Part shown: positions 27,824 through 37,688 of the stretch, one piece after another
Position numbering within the stretch: the stretch's first letter is position 1
Layout: every line of letters begins with the position of its first letter
Source: an uncultured Acidobacteriota bacterium
Lineage (GTDB): Bacteria; Acidobacteriota; Thermoanaerobaculia; Multivoradales; JAHEKO01
Length of the DNA stretch: 64,000 nt
Assembly: GCA_963713825.1 (NCBI GenBank)
Contig: CAVQNG010000003.1
Location: forward strand, 1,280,001-1,344,000
Direction of reading: 5' to 3'
Position numbers and translations under genes: made by a program
The notes under the pieces: generated by a model
Databases searched by the model: none
What the model was told of the DNA's origin: nothing
The model's input: only the letters and a program-made list of their open reading frames with translations

Positions 27824-28912
27824 ATGGCGGAAATAGACAAGCTGCTGAAGTTCGCTGTGATGAAGGGCGCCTCGGATCTCCATCTTGCTGCCAAGACCCG
27901 CCCCATGCTCCGCGTCGATGGTTCGATGGTTCCCGCCAAGGAGAGCGACACCGAGCCGCTTTCGGTCCAGGAGATGACGCAACTGGTCGGTGAGATCATG
28001 CCGCCCCGGGCCAAAGAGGAGCTGCAGCAGAACCTCGACACGGATTTCGCCTACGCCGTCGCCGGTCTGGGCCGCTTTCGAGTCAACGTGTTTCGGAACA
28101 ATCTCGGGATTGGGGCTGTCCTACGACATATCCCTGGGGAGATCCTGACCTTCGAAGACCTGAAGTTGCCAGCCACTCTCGAGCAGTTCTGCAGGCTCAA
28201 CAAAGGACTGGTGCTGGTGACGGGGCCGACAGGCAGTGGAAAATCGACCACGCAGGCCGCCATGATCGACTTCATCAATCGGACTCGTCGGGACCATGTC
28301 ATTACCGTCGAAGACCCCATCGAGTTCGTCCATCAGGACAAGCAGTGCCGGATCAGTCAGCGGGAGGTCAAAGAGCACGCGCAGAGCTTCAAACGCGCCC
28401 TGCGGGCGGCGTTACGTCAGGACCCCGACATCGTGCTGGTAGGGGAGATGCGGGATCTCGAAACCACAGAAACGGCCATCGAGACCGCGGAGACCGGCCA
28501 CCTGGTGTTCGGAACGTTGCACACCTCGACGGCAGCCAGCACGGTGGATCGGATCATCGATCAGTTTCCGCACGAACGGCAGGAGCAGATCCGGACCATG
28601 CTGGCCGCTTCGCTCAAAGGGGTTGTCTGCCAGACTCTCTGCAAGCGTAAGGAGGGCAGCGGCCGGATCGCGGCGCTCGAGATCATGGTGGTGACCCACG
28701 GCATCGCAGCCAACATCCGAGAGGGTCGGACTCACCAGATCGTCACCTCGATCCAGACGGGCAAGAGCCTGGGGATGCGCCTGCTGAACGATGACCTTCT
28801 GCGTCTCGTGAAGGACCACTCCGTCGATGCCGAGGAGGCCTACAGCAAGGCCATGGACAAGACGGATATGGCGAACAAGCTGCGAACAGCGGGCTTTAAC
28901 GTGGCCAGCTAG
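27824..28912 (+). CDS. pilT: Type IV pilus twitching-motility retraction ATPase
   Basis: ASDLHL, GRFRVNVF, GPTGSGKSTT, TVEDPIEF, ALRQDPD, GEMRD and ETGHLVFGTLHT motifs. Confidence 0.95.
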   Translation: MAEIDKLLKFAVMKGASDLHLAAKTRPMLRVDGSMVPAKESDTEPLSVQEMTQLVGEIMPPRAKEELQQNLDTDFAYAVAGLGRFRVNVFRNNLGIGAVLRHIPGEILTFEDLKLPATLEQFCRLNKGLVLVTGPTGSGKSTTQAAMIDFINRTRRDHVITVEDPIEFVHQDKQCRISQREVKEHAQSFKRALRAALRQDPDIVLVGEMRDLETTETAIETAETGHLVFGTLHTSTAASTVDRIIDQFPHERQEQIRTMLAASLKGVVCQTLCKRKEGSGRIAALEIMVVTHGIAANIREGRTHQIVTSIQTGKSLGMRLLNDDLLRLVKDHSVDAEEAYSKAMDKTDMANKLRTAGFNVAS

Positions 28913-28949
28913 TTTCGAACTCGCCTAGAACACGACCACGGACGGTGCC

Positions 28950-29630
28950 TCATGGCACCACCAGCGACCAGGCGCTCAGATCACCCGACTCGAAACCATC
29001 GGTGAAGATCGCGGCCAACGTAGAGCAGTCGGAATCAGCATCGTCATAGGCTAGATCACCGTCGTTGTCGAGGCCGAGACCGTCCGGTGTCCAGTTCTCC
29101 GAGCCGTCTCCGTTGCAGGGGTCCAGGACGTTGACGTTAGTTCCACCGTAGTAGATCGGAACTGCGTCTTCCCCGAGGGGCGCGGGATCGTCGTTGTGGC
29201 AGCCGGCATCGGCGCAGAGGTGCCCGCTGTTGTCAGTGCCCACATTGGCGTTGGCGTGGTGCAACCTGAGTCCCGAGCCCCACCAGGAGTTGTCTGGCGT
29301 GCTGGGATCGGGGTCTACCCCATGGCAGCCCATGCAACTGACGCCCGCCAGTCCTGGTTCGCCACGGGATTCATTGAGTAGCGGATCGTCACCGTTGACG
29401 ATGTGGCAGGTGCCGCAGAGGTTGTTCATCATTTGTCTGCGATGCACATCGTGTTTGTCGTCGGGCCAGGTGTTGTTCGGCTTCGTCGAGGTGGAATCAC
29501 GGAAGCTCCCGTGGCAATCTGTGCAACCGGATGTCCAGCTGTTGTAGGCGCCGGCATCTTCAGGCGTTGCGAGCCACACCGAGGTTGCGAGAAATACAAG
29601 GCCGGACAGGACGAGGTTTCTACGTTGCAT
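28950..29630 (-). CDS. Secreted multiheme c-type cytochrome with C-terminal FTDGFESG tail
   Basis: Signal peptide; CTDCH, CGTCH, CMGCH and non-canonical CADAGCH; acidic DNDGD..DDADSDC segment; ends IFTDGFESGDLSAWSLVVP. GGAGG RBS before ATG 29630. Confidence 0.8.
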   Translation of the reverse strand: MQRRNLVLSGLVFLATSVWLATPEDAGAYNSWTSGCTDCHGSFRDSTSTKPNNTWPDDKHDVHRRQMMNNLCGTCHIVNGDDPLLNESRGEPGLAGVSCMGCHGVDPDPSTPDNSWWGSGLRLHHANANVGTDNSGHLCADAGCHNDDPAPLGEDAVPIYYGGTNVNVLDPCNGDGSENWTPDGLGLDNDGDLAYDDADSDCSTLAAIFTDGFESGDLSAWSLVVP

Positions 29631-29937
29631 TCTTACCTCCAGTCGATCCATGGAACTCCGCCTGCCATGCGAGGCGGAGAATCCGCCCAGCGGTGGCCCT
29701 ATCCTTCGTAACCTTGTCGAGGCCCGGGGATTTGCTCCATTCCCAGGGTGCAAGCTTGATGCCACGCGTTGATGCCTGCGAAAACACGACCTTCTGTCTC
29801 GATTTGGAGTGAACCAGGGAATAATTCCCGGATTTGGGAAGCGCTTCGAGGCTCGCAGTGATCCGAATCGACTCTTGAAGCGTAGTGTCTGCTAAGGTGC
29901 CACGGCACCCGAATTCGCGACAGGAGAGAACATCATT

Positions 29938-31023
29938 ATGTTGAAATCGCTGGTGTTACTTGTGGCCTTCTCAGGCATATTCGCCTTCGCCTGCGCGACC
30001 CGGGCCGAGGACGGCGATTCCGGTTCGCACAAAAAGGCCACGTTCGCCGGGGGTTGCTTCTGGTGCATGGAGCCTCCCTTCGAGAACCTGGACGGGGTCT
30101 TCGAAGTCGTCTCCGGCTATTCTGGGGGGCCGGAAGAGAATCCGACCTACCAGGAGGTATCGGCCGGTGCCACGGGCCACAGGGAGGTCATCCAAGTGGT
30201 CTACGACCCCTCGAAAGTCAGCTATCAAGAGCTCTTGGAGGTCTTCTGGCGACAGATCGACCCGACGGACTCCGGAGGGCAGTTTGCGGATCGCGGGAAT
30301 CAGTACGAAACCGCGATCTACTACTACGATGAGGAGCAGCGGGCGCTGGCAGAGAAGTCCCGCGACGAGTTGGCGCAGTCCGGCCGATTCGACCGCCCCA
30401 TCGTGACCGAGATCCTGGCTGCCGGACCGTTCTATCCGGCCGAGGACTATCACCAGGACTACTACAAGAAGAACTCGACGCACTACAAGCGCTACCGCAA
30501 GGGCTCGGGGCGAGAGGGATATCTGGAAAAGACATGGGGAGGGGAGGACGTGAGCCGGCGCCAGAACGATTCCAGATGGGAGAGCTTCACCAAACCCTCA
30601 GAGGATCAGCTCGAAGCGACATTGACGCCGCTGCAATACAAGGTGACTCAGGAGGACGGTACTGAGCCCCCCTTCAGGAATGAGTACTGGGACAACAAGC
30701 GGCCGGGACTCTACGTCGATGTGGTGTCTGGCGAGCCTCTTTTCAGCTCCAAGGACAAGTACAAGTCCGGCACCGGCTGGCCCAGCTTCACCCGGCCTCT
30801 GGAGCCGGCCAACGTCGTCGAGGAGCAGGATCGGAGCTTGGGAATGGTGCGCACCGAGGTGCGAAGCAAGCATGGGGACTCTCACCTGGGCCATCTCTTT
30901 CCCGATGGTCCGCAGCCCACCGGACTGCGCTACTGTCTCAATTCGGCGTCCCTGAGGTTCGTGCCCGTGGAGGATCTCGAGAAGGAGGGGTATGGAGAGT
31001 ACCTGGAGCTCTTCGGAGAGTAG
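29938..31023 (+). CDS. msrAB: Exported bifunctional methionine sulfoxide reductase MsrA-MsrB
   Basis: FAGGCFWC and AEDYHQDYY (MsrA); [23 protein letters not shown] and RYCLNS (MsrB); signal peptide. Confidence 0.95.
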   Translation: MLKSLVLLVAFSGIFAFACATRAEDGDSGSHKKATFAGGCFWCMEPPFENLDGVFEVVSGYSGGPEENPTYQEVSAGATGHREVIQVVYDPSKVSYQELLEVFWRQIDPTDSGGQFADRGNQYETAIYYYDEEQRALAEKSRDELAQSGRFDRPIVTEILAAGPFYPAEDYHQDYYKKNSTHYKRYRKGSGREGYLEKTWGGEDVSRRQNDSRWESFTKPSEDQLEATLTPLQYKVTQEDGTEPPFRNEYWDNKRPGLYVDVVSGEPLFSSKDKYKSGTGWPSFTRPLEPANVVEEQDRSLGMVRTEVRSKHGDSHLGHLFPDGPQPTGLRYCLNSASLRFVPVEDLEKEGYGEYLELFGE

Positions 31024-32098
31024 CGAGGATCACCCAACCGATCTGTTTCTCGCCTTGACGCCCGAGAGGGTCTTGGCAGCTGTGGAGACAGGCGGACTGC
31101 AGTGCAACAACCTCTGCTATCCGCTGAACTCCTTCGAAAACCGCGTCTACGAGGTGGAGCTCACTGACGGCAGTCGTGTCATTGCGAAGTTCTATCGGCC
31201 TGGCAGGTGGACTGAGCCGCAGATCTTGGAGGAGCATCTCTTCTTGCGGCAGCTGCACGAAGCGGACGTTCCGGTCTGCACGGTCCGTCCGTTTCCCGAC
31301 GACACCACCCTCAAACAGATCGACAATATCTATTACAGCCTGTCCGATCGTCGAGGCGGTCGCGCTCCCGACGAGCTCAACGCCTCCCTGGCCCAGCGGC
31401 TGGGAATGCTGGTTGGACGCCTACACAACGTAGCGGCGGCGGATCCCGACTCTGGCCGCCGTCCGATCGATGGCGAGTACTACATTCGCCGACCCCTGGC
31501 CTGGTTGAAGGAGCACAGCTCGATCCCGCAGGCATTGGAAGGTCGTTACTTTCGAGCCGCGGAAGGCATTGCCGATTTCGCTGATCGACTGCTGGCCGAT
31601 GTCGACACGCACCGCATCCATGGCGATCTCCACCTCGGCAATATTCTCTTGCGAGAGGACCGTTTCAACGTCCTGGACTTCGACGACATGGCACCTGGGC
31701 CAGCAGTGCAGGATCTCTGGCTCGCTTTACCCGGTCGCGATGAGGAGGCTCTGCGCCTGCGCGAAGGCTTCATCGCGGGCTACAAGCAGTTTCGCCTCTT
31801 CGATCGCTCGAGCTTGCGACTGATCGAAGTACTGCGGGGGCTCCGCCTGGTGCGCTATGCGGTTTGGTTGGCGCGCCGATGGCACGACCCGGCTTTCAAG
31901 AGCGGCTGGCCGCACTTCGGGACCGTCGAGTACTGGGACGGAGAGACCCGTGATCTCGAAGACCAACTGGAGGTCGTCATGAAGGAGAGCGACTCCAGGG
32001 GAGATTCGATTGTGGTGGGAGATCTCGGCGGAGGGACCGAGGCGGAGGAGCTGCTCAGCAACAAGGACTACTTCTTCGATTGGGAGGGCGAATCATGA
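30992..32098 (+). CDS. srkA: Stress response kinase SrkA/RdoA (YihE)
   Basis: [36 protein letters not shown] and GPAVQDLW motifs. Confidence 0.92.
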   Translation: MESTWSSSESSEDHPTDLFLALTPERVLAAVETGGLQCNNLCYPLNSFENRVYEVELTDGSRVIAKFYRPGRWTEPQILEEHLFLRQLHEADVPVCTVRPFPDDTTLKQIDNIYYSLSDRRGGRAPDELNASLAQRLGMLVGRLHNVAAADPDSGRRPIDGEYYIRRPLAWLKEHSSIPQALEGRYFRAAEGIADFADRLLADVDTHRIHGDLHLGNILLREDRFNVLDFDDMAPGPAVQDLWLALPGRDEEALRLREGFIAGYKQFRLFDRSSLRLIEVLRGLRLVRYAVWLARRWHDPAFKSGWPHFGTVEYWDGETRDLEDQLEVVMKESDSRGDSIVVGDLGGGTEAEELLSNKDYFFDWEGES

Positions 32099-32298
32099 AG
32101 GCGTTCTTTGCCATGCGGCGGAGCGAAGCGGCGGTGCTGCTGTTTCTGATTGCATTCTCTGCCTTCTCCTTCCTGCCAGTCTGGCGGCAAGTCGAAGTCG
32201 CTGGAATTGCAGTCTTCGGCTGGTTGATGGTCGCCCTGATGCTGATCTCTCCTGTACTGACATTGTTGGTCTTTCTCCGCGGCGAGGGCGGGAGCTAG
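32095..32298 (+). CDS. Small 2-TM protein, probable symporter accessory subunit
   Basis: 67 aa, two hydrophobic segments, ATGA overlap with srkA, directly upstream of an SSS transporter. Confidence 0.65.
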   Translation: MKAFFAMRRSEAAVLLFLIAFSAFSFLPVWRQVEVAGIAVFGWLMVALMLISPVLTLLVFLRGEGGS

Positions 32299-32305
32299 GT
32301 AACCG

Positions 32306-33736
32306 ATGCTCGTCGAGCGGATTCTCGTCGTGCTGTATCTGGCCGGCTGTGTCGGTATCGGTATCTTCGCGTCCAAGAAGGTTCTGGGCTCTCGGGACGA
32401 GTACTGGGTGGCGGGTCGTCGCATCGGTACGACGGTCAATGCCATGGCCATCATGGCCAGCCTGGCCAGTGGGGGCTCGATCATCGGTGTGATGGGCCTC
32501 GCCTATTCCCAGGGCATCCCGGCGACCCTGGCTCTGTTCGCCGGCGCCGTACTGGGATTTCCCCTGGCATCCATCCTGGTGGCCCGTCAGCTGCGCAACT
32601 TCGGCAGATACACCATTACCGACTTTCTCGCTTTTCGCTACCCGACAAACGTTGTGCGCTATCTGGTGCCGACTCTGATCGTCGTTGCCTTCACGATATA
32701 CATCGTGGCGCAGCTGAAGGCGGCCGGGATCACGGCCTACGCATTGCTCGGAATCCCCTACGAAACAGCAATCATCCTCGCGACGCTGGTGTTTATCGTC
32801 TACGTCTCCTTCGGGGGCATGGTGGCGATCACCTGGACCGACATGATCCAGGGGGCGCTGATGCTGATTGTGGTGCTGGGCGCGGGTCTGGCGATGGTAT
32901 GGCGCTTCGGCTCGCCCCTCGAGCTGATGCGGCAGGCGACGGCGGCGGCGCCCGAGCTCGGCCAGGTGGCCCATCAGCCCGTCGCCAGCTATCTCGGTTA
33001 CTTCGTGATCTGGGCCACGGCCATCCCGGTGATTCCCCACATCGTGATGCGCGTCTCGACGGCCAAGGATGCCAGGGGTGCCCGCCTGTCGCTCAACCTC
33101 GCCATGCTGGCCTATAGCGTCATGATCCTGGTAGCGGTGCTGGCGATTGTGCCGGTGGGCAAACTGCAATTTCCAGGGCTCGAAGATGCCGACCAGGTCT
33201 TCCTCAAGGTCATGGAATCGGAATTTCCGACGCTCATTCGCGGCGTCGCGGTGGCGGCAGTGCTGGCGGCGGTGATGTCCACCACCGATGCCCTGCTTCT
33301 CGCCTGCAGCTCGGCCATCGCGCATGACATCCTCGGCGGGCTGTTGCAGGACCGGGCGAGCGAGAAGACTCTGGCGGCGATTCGTGTTGGGGCTGCCTGG
33401 GTCGTTGGCCTACTGGCGCTCTATTGGGCTCTGTCGCCTCCCGAGCTCATCAGCAAGTTCTATACGGCAGGCATCGGGCTGCTGAGTGCCAGCCTCTTTG
33501 TTCCGACGATCGCGGGCCTCTGGTGGAAGCGGGCGAATCTGGCAGGTGGAACGGCCTCCCTGGTCGTGGGCGCTGCTACCTATATCCTGGCGCAGCCCCA
33601 AGTGTTCGACCTCGGCATCGCCCCGGTCGTGCTAGCTCTGATCACCAGCTCCATAGCCATGTTGGTAGGCGCCCGCTTCGGCCGCCGCGAAAGCCTCCCG
33701 ATGCTCGAAACGATCAGCGCCCTGCACGATGCATAG
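32306..33736 (+). CDS. Sodium:solute symporter family transporter
   Basis: EYWVAGR, TITDFLAFRY, GGM.AITWTD.IQG and AAVMSTTD motifs; about 13 TM helices. Confidence 0.92.
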   Translation: MLVERILVVLYLAGCVGIGIFASKKVLGSRDEYWVAGRRIGTTVNAMAIMASLASGGSIIGVMGLAYSQGIPATLALFAGAVLGFPLASILVARQLRNFGRYTITDFLAFRYPTNVVRYLVPTLIVVAFTIYIVAQLKAAGITAYALLGIPYETAIILATLVFIVYVSFGGMVAITWTDMIQGALMLIVVLGAGLAMVWRFGSPLELMRQATAAAPELGQVAHQPVASYLGYFVIWATAIPVIPHIVMRVSTAKDARGARLSLNLAMLAYSVMILVAVLAIVPVGKLQFPGLEDADQVFLKVMESEFPTLIRGVAVAAVLAAVMSTTDALLLACSSAIAHDILGGLLQDRASEKTLAAIRVGAAWVVGLLALYWALSPPELISKFYTAGIGLLSASLFVPTIAGLWWKRANLAGGTASLVVGAATYILAQPQVFDLGIAPVVLALITSSIAMLVGARFGRRESLPMLETISALHDA

Positions 33737-33751
33737 GCCCTTTGGGCCTAT

Positions 33752-34178
33752 GGGTTGAGACGCCCGGCTCACCGCCGGGTGTTCTTTGAGGGCTTGGGGC
33801 TGAGAGGGCCGATCCGGACCAGGGATCTCCCTCGTCTGCGGCCTCACCCGACCATACCCCTCCGACGAGGTAGACCCATGGCCCGATCTACCAAGTTCTA
33901 GACACATCGAGAATCGGATTACCGACCTGCCCCCTACGCTCCTATTGCCTCTAACGGTGCCAGAGGTTCGTCCGGGTGGTTCGACAGGGGGCGCCGAGTC
34001 GAGCGCGGCGCAAGGTTCTTGATAGGACACAGGTGACGGGGCGCGATGACGAGACGAGGCGGCGGCCCGCCCGTCATAGTCTGAGTAGCCGACGCCGTCC
34101 CCCGGCGGACCACCACACGAAAATCGTTGTTTCTTCAGGACACAGTACCCAAGCCCCAGGACGGGCGGGAGGGCGGGG
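33752..34178 (+). repeat. Dispersed structured intergenic repeat, copy A
   Basis: Shares long blocks with 46314-46773 and the reverse complement of 61691-62144, e.g. GGGTGGTTCGACAGGGGGCGCCGAGTCGAGCGC and CCCATGGCCCGATCT. Stems at 33811-33888 and 33975-34114. Ends approximate. Confidence 0.9.
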
Positions 34179-35249
34179 CTACACGTTGAAGCGGAAGTGG
34201 ATGACCTCGCCGTCTTGGACCGGGTATTCCTTGCCCTCGAGACGCAAGAGCCCCTTCTCCCGGCAGGCGGTGAGAGTGCCGAGATTCAGCAGGTCCTCCC
34301 AAGGCACCACCTCGGCCCGGATGAAGCCGCGCTCGATGTCGCTGTGAATGGCCCCTCCAGCTTGCCGAGCCAGCGTGCCGAGACGCACCGTCCAGGCCCT
34401 GACCTCGTCCTCGCCAACGGTGAAGAACGAGATCAAACCGAGCAGCTCATAGCTGGCGCGGATAACACGGTTGAGACTCGGCTCCCTCAACCCCAGATCC
34501 ACCAAGAAATGGATCTGGTGCTCGGCGTCGAGATGGGAGATCTCCTCCTCGATGGGAGCGCTCACCGTAACGACCTGCGCACCTGATGGGACTTCAATGA
34601 CGGGGTTCTCGGCAGGGCCTTCTACCAGAACAGCCTCGTCGACGTTGATCACCAGCAGCAGAGGTTTCGCTGAGAGCAGTTGAAATCCCCGCAAGCGCAG
34701 CTCGTCCTCGTTCGAAAGCTCCAGGGAGCGCAGCGGGCGCTCGTCCTCCAAGGCCGGCAGGATGATCTCGGCGAGCAGTGATTGCTCTCGTTTCTCATCT
34801 GTGGACAGACCGCGCTTCGCGCCCTGTTCCAACCTGGCGATACGTCGCTCGACGATCTCGTGGTCGGCCAGAATGAGCTCGAGGTCGATGATCGCGACGT
34901 CCCGAGCCGGATCTACCGCACCCTCCGAGTGCAGGATCTCTGGCTCCTCGAAGGCCCTGACGACATGGGCCAGAGCGTCCACCTCCCGAAGTCTCGCCAG
35001 GTCGAGGCTCTCCGCACTGCCTCCCTTCTTGAGACCGGGAATGTCCACGTAGGTTACCGTGGCAGGAGTGAATTTCTTCGGCTGATAGTGCTCCCGCAAG
35101 CGAATGAGCCGAGGGTCCGGAACCGTCGCGATGCCGACGTTGGTCTTGGTCGAAGTCGAGTACCGGTCGGTGGCCTGATGGGAGGCCGTCAGAATATTGA
35201 ACAGCGTCGTCTTGCCGACCTTGGGTAGTCCGATGATTCCTACTTCCAT
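34179..35249 (-). CDS. ychF: Redox-regulated ATPase YchF
   Basis: GIIGLPKVGKTTLFN, VPDPRL, VDIPGL, FFTVG.DEVRAW, IHSDIERGFIRAEV and ending FRFNV. Confidence 0.95.
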   Translation of the reverse strand: MEVGIIGLPKVGKTTLFNILTASHQATDRYSTSTKTNVGIATVPDPRLIRLREHYQPKKFTPATVTYVDIPGLKKGGSAESLDLARLREVDALAHVVRAFEEPEILHSEGAVDPARDVAIIDLELILADHEIVERRIARLEQGAKRGLSTDEKREQSLLAEIILPALEDERPLRSLELSNEDELRLRGFQLLSAKPLLLVINVDEAVLVEGPAENPVIEVPSGAQVVTVSAPIEEEISHLDAEHQIHFLVDLGLREPSLNRVIRASYELLGLISFFTVGEDEVRAWTVRLGTLARQAGGAIHSDIERGFIRAEVVPWEDLLNLGTLTACREKGLLRLEGKEYPVQDGEVIHFRFNV

Positions 35250-35432
35250 GGGAGAGAACCTCGTTGAGCGGTGTTGTTCGAGGGAGCCTGCAACAGCCGA
35301 GGAGGGCGAAGGATACACCAAACCAGCTCGACACCCTTTTGGACACTGCCTGCTGGAGTCGGTATCCTGACACCAGAAGTTCCTGATCAGACGACCCGCT
35401 CGAGCTCCAAAGACACCGCATAGGGAGAAGTC

Positions 35433-37688
35433 ATGAGAATGAGACCACCAAGCCCCTTTAGGCTTTCAGCCATCACTGTGTTCGTCGTCCTGGCGCTGTT
35501 TGGAGCTCGCTCCGCTCGTACGACCGAAACCGAAGCATGGCCTCGGGAGATCGAGACCCAGAAGGGCCTCGTAGTGATGTATCAACCCCAGATCGACAGC
35601 CTCGAAGGCAACATTTTGCATGGCCGGGCAGCGGTATCGGTGACAAGGACGGGGGAATCCGAACCGATCTTCGGTGCGGTCTGGCTGGAGAGTCGAATAG
35701 CAACCGACCTGGATACTCGGGTTGTCGAGTTCGAAGAGATTCGGGTTCCCAGGGTACGTTTTCCCGATGCGACACCCGATCAGGAGCAGGCACTCATCGA
35801 TTTATTGGTTCAGGAGATGCCCACTTGGAACATCGACCTGTCTCTCGACCGGCTGAGTGCAGCGCTCGATCTCGCCGAGAGGCAGACCCTGACGGCGGAA
35901 GGCTTCGACGACTCTCCCCCGAAGATCCTGTTCAGGCAAGAGCCGACGGTCCTGGTGACCGTTGACGGCGAACCCCAGTTGAGAGAGTTGGGGGACTCAG
36001 GGGTCCAGGGTGTGATCAACAGTCCGTTCCTGATGGCTCAAGATCCCAAGGACAAAGCCTCCTACTACCTCTATGCGGGAGCCGATACCTGGTACAAGGC
36101 GCCGGCTGTCGAAGGTCCCTGGCAGTTGACCTCGAAGGTGCCACAGCAGATCCAGCAGCTCGAGCCCGAGGAGGAGGAGCTGGACTCCGAGGAGGTTGCC
36201 GAAGGCCCAAGCACCCCACCGGCCATCGTGGTGAGCACGGAGCCAGCCGAGCTTATCGTTACCGATGGCCCGATGCAGTTCAGCCCTCTGGCTGGCGGTG
36301 AGCTTCTCGTCGTGACGAACTCGGAGAGCGATCTGCTGCGCGAAGTGGCCAGCCAGGAGATTTATGTCCTCTTGTCAGGCCGCTGGTATTCGGCTCGCTC
36401 CGAGGCAGGGCCGTGGGAGTTCAGGCGCCCCGACGAGCTACCGGAGAGCTTTGCCAGAATCGACCCGGACTCGGACTACGGCTACCTGCTCGTCTGGGTT
36501 GCAGGCACCGAGATGGCGACAGAGGCCGCCCTTGATGCCGCGGTCCCGCAGACCGCAGCCATCAAGCGGGATGCGACGATCCAGGTCGACTACGATGGCG
36601 AACCAAAGTTCGAGCCCGTCGAGGAGACAGCGCTCTACTACGCGGTCAATACGGAGTCTCAAGTCCTTCGATCCGGCAGCCAGTACTTCTGTGTCCAGGA
36701 GGGTGTGTGGTACGTCGCAGGCAGCGCGCAGGGACCCTGGGCGGTAGCCACCGAGGTGCCCGAGGAGATCCGCTCCATTCCGCCTTCGAGCCCGGTGTAC
36801 AACACCAAATATGTCTACATCTACGACACGACCCCGGAAGTGGTCTACGTCGGCTACTACCCCGGGTACACTTCCAGCTACATCTACCACGGAGTTCCGG
36901 TCTACGGCACCGGTTGGTACTACCGGCCCTGGTGGGGCCCCTACCATTACTACCCGAGATACCGGACCTGGGGCTTCAACGTGCGCTACAACCCCTGGTA
37001 CGGCTGGAGCTTTGGCCTGAGCTATTCGACCGGACGCTTCACGTTCTCGATCGGCTACGGTGGACGTGGTTGGTGGGGACCTGGAGGCTATCGGGGCTAC
37101 CGCCACGGCTATCACAGGGGCTGGCACCACGGTTACCGGGCGGGGACCCGAGCCGGGTATCAGGCGGGCTACCGTTCCGCCAAGCGGGATTCAGCCCGCA
37201 ACATGTATCAACGTCAGGGGAATGCCAACAGGGTGGCCCACACTTCGGGAACCAGGCCTGGCGCGGGCACGGCACAAGCTAGATCGCCGAATGTGTCGAA
37301 CCGGGCGAACAACGTCTATACCGACAAGAACGGCAACGTCTTTCGGAAGCAGCAGGACGGTAGCTGGCAGCAACGGGACGGTGGAAACTGGAAGGCAGCC
37401 GACATGAGTGGGGCAGCTGGCTCCCGGGAGGCGGCAAACAAGCCCTCGACCGGCACTCGCCCGACCGATCGGAGCGCCCCTTCCACCGGAGCTGTGGGTA
37501 CTCAACAGCAGAAGCCGAGGACAAGTACCGGGGGCACGAAGCAGCAGAAGCCGAAGACGAGCACTGGACAGTACGGTGGCAGCAGCAATCTGAATCGCGA
37601 CGCCAGTGCGCGGCAGCGAGGCAACCAGCGCGCCAGGAGCGCCCCTCGAGGTGGTGGCGGTCGCGGCGGTGGAGGCCGGCGGCGCTAG
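35433..37688 (+). CDS. Secreted hypothetical protein with Tyr/Trp/Gly-rich segment and disordered Gly/Arg-rich C-terminus
   Basis: Signal peptide; YQPQ, GPW repeats, IPPSSPVYN..YVYIY and YYPGY motifs; low-complexity tail ending GGGGRGGGGRRR. Confidence 0.7.
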   Translation: MRMRPPSPFRLSAITVFVVLALFGARSARTTETEAWPREIETQKGLVVMYQPQIDSLEGNILHGRAAVSVTRTGESEPIFGAVWLESRIATDLDTRVVEFEEIRVPRVRFPDATPDQEQALIDLLVQEMPTWNIDLSLDRLSAALDLAERQTLTAEGFDDSPPKILFRQEPTVLVTVDGEPQLRELGDSGVQGVINSPFLMAQDPKDKASYYLYAGADTWYKAPAVEGPWQLTSKVPQQIQQLEPEEEELDSEEVAEGPSTPPAIVVSTEPAELIVTDGPMQFSPLAGGELLVVTNSESDLLREVASQEIYVLLSGRWYSARSEAGPWEFRRPDELPESFARIDPDSDYGYLLVWVAGTEMATEAALDAAVPQTAAIKRDATIQVDYDGEPKFEPVEETALYYAVNTESQVLRSGSQYFCVQEGVWYVAGSAQGPWAVATEVPEEIRSIPPSSPVYNTKYVYIYDTTPEVVYVGYYPGYTSSYIYHGVPVYGTGWYYRPWWGPYHYYPRYRTWGFNVRYNPWYGWSFGLSYSTGRFTFSIGYGGRGWWGPGGYRGYRHGYHRGWHHGYRAGTRAGYQAGYRSAKRDSARNMYQRQGNANRVAHTSGTRPGAGTAQARSPNVSNRANNVYTDKNGNVFRKQQDGSWQQRDGGNWKAADMSGAAGSREAANKPSTGTRPTDRSAPSTGAVGTQQQKPRTSTGGTKQQKPKTSTGQYGGSSNLNRDASARQRGNQRARSAPRGGGGRGGGGRRR

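Noticed and set aside
33752-34178. Long repeat as SRP RNA, group II intron remnant, hammerhead ribozyme or CRISPR
   Set aside because: I found no SRP helix-8 motif, no intron domain V, no CUGANGA/GAAA core, and no repeat-spacer periodicity.
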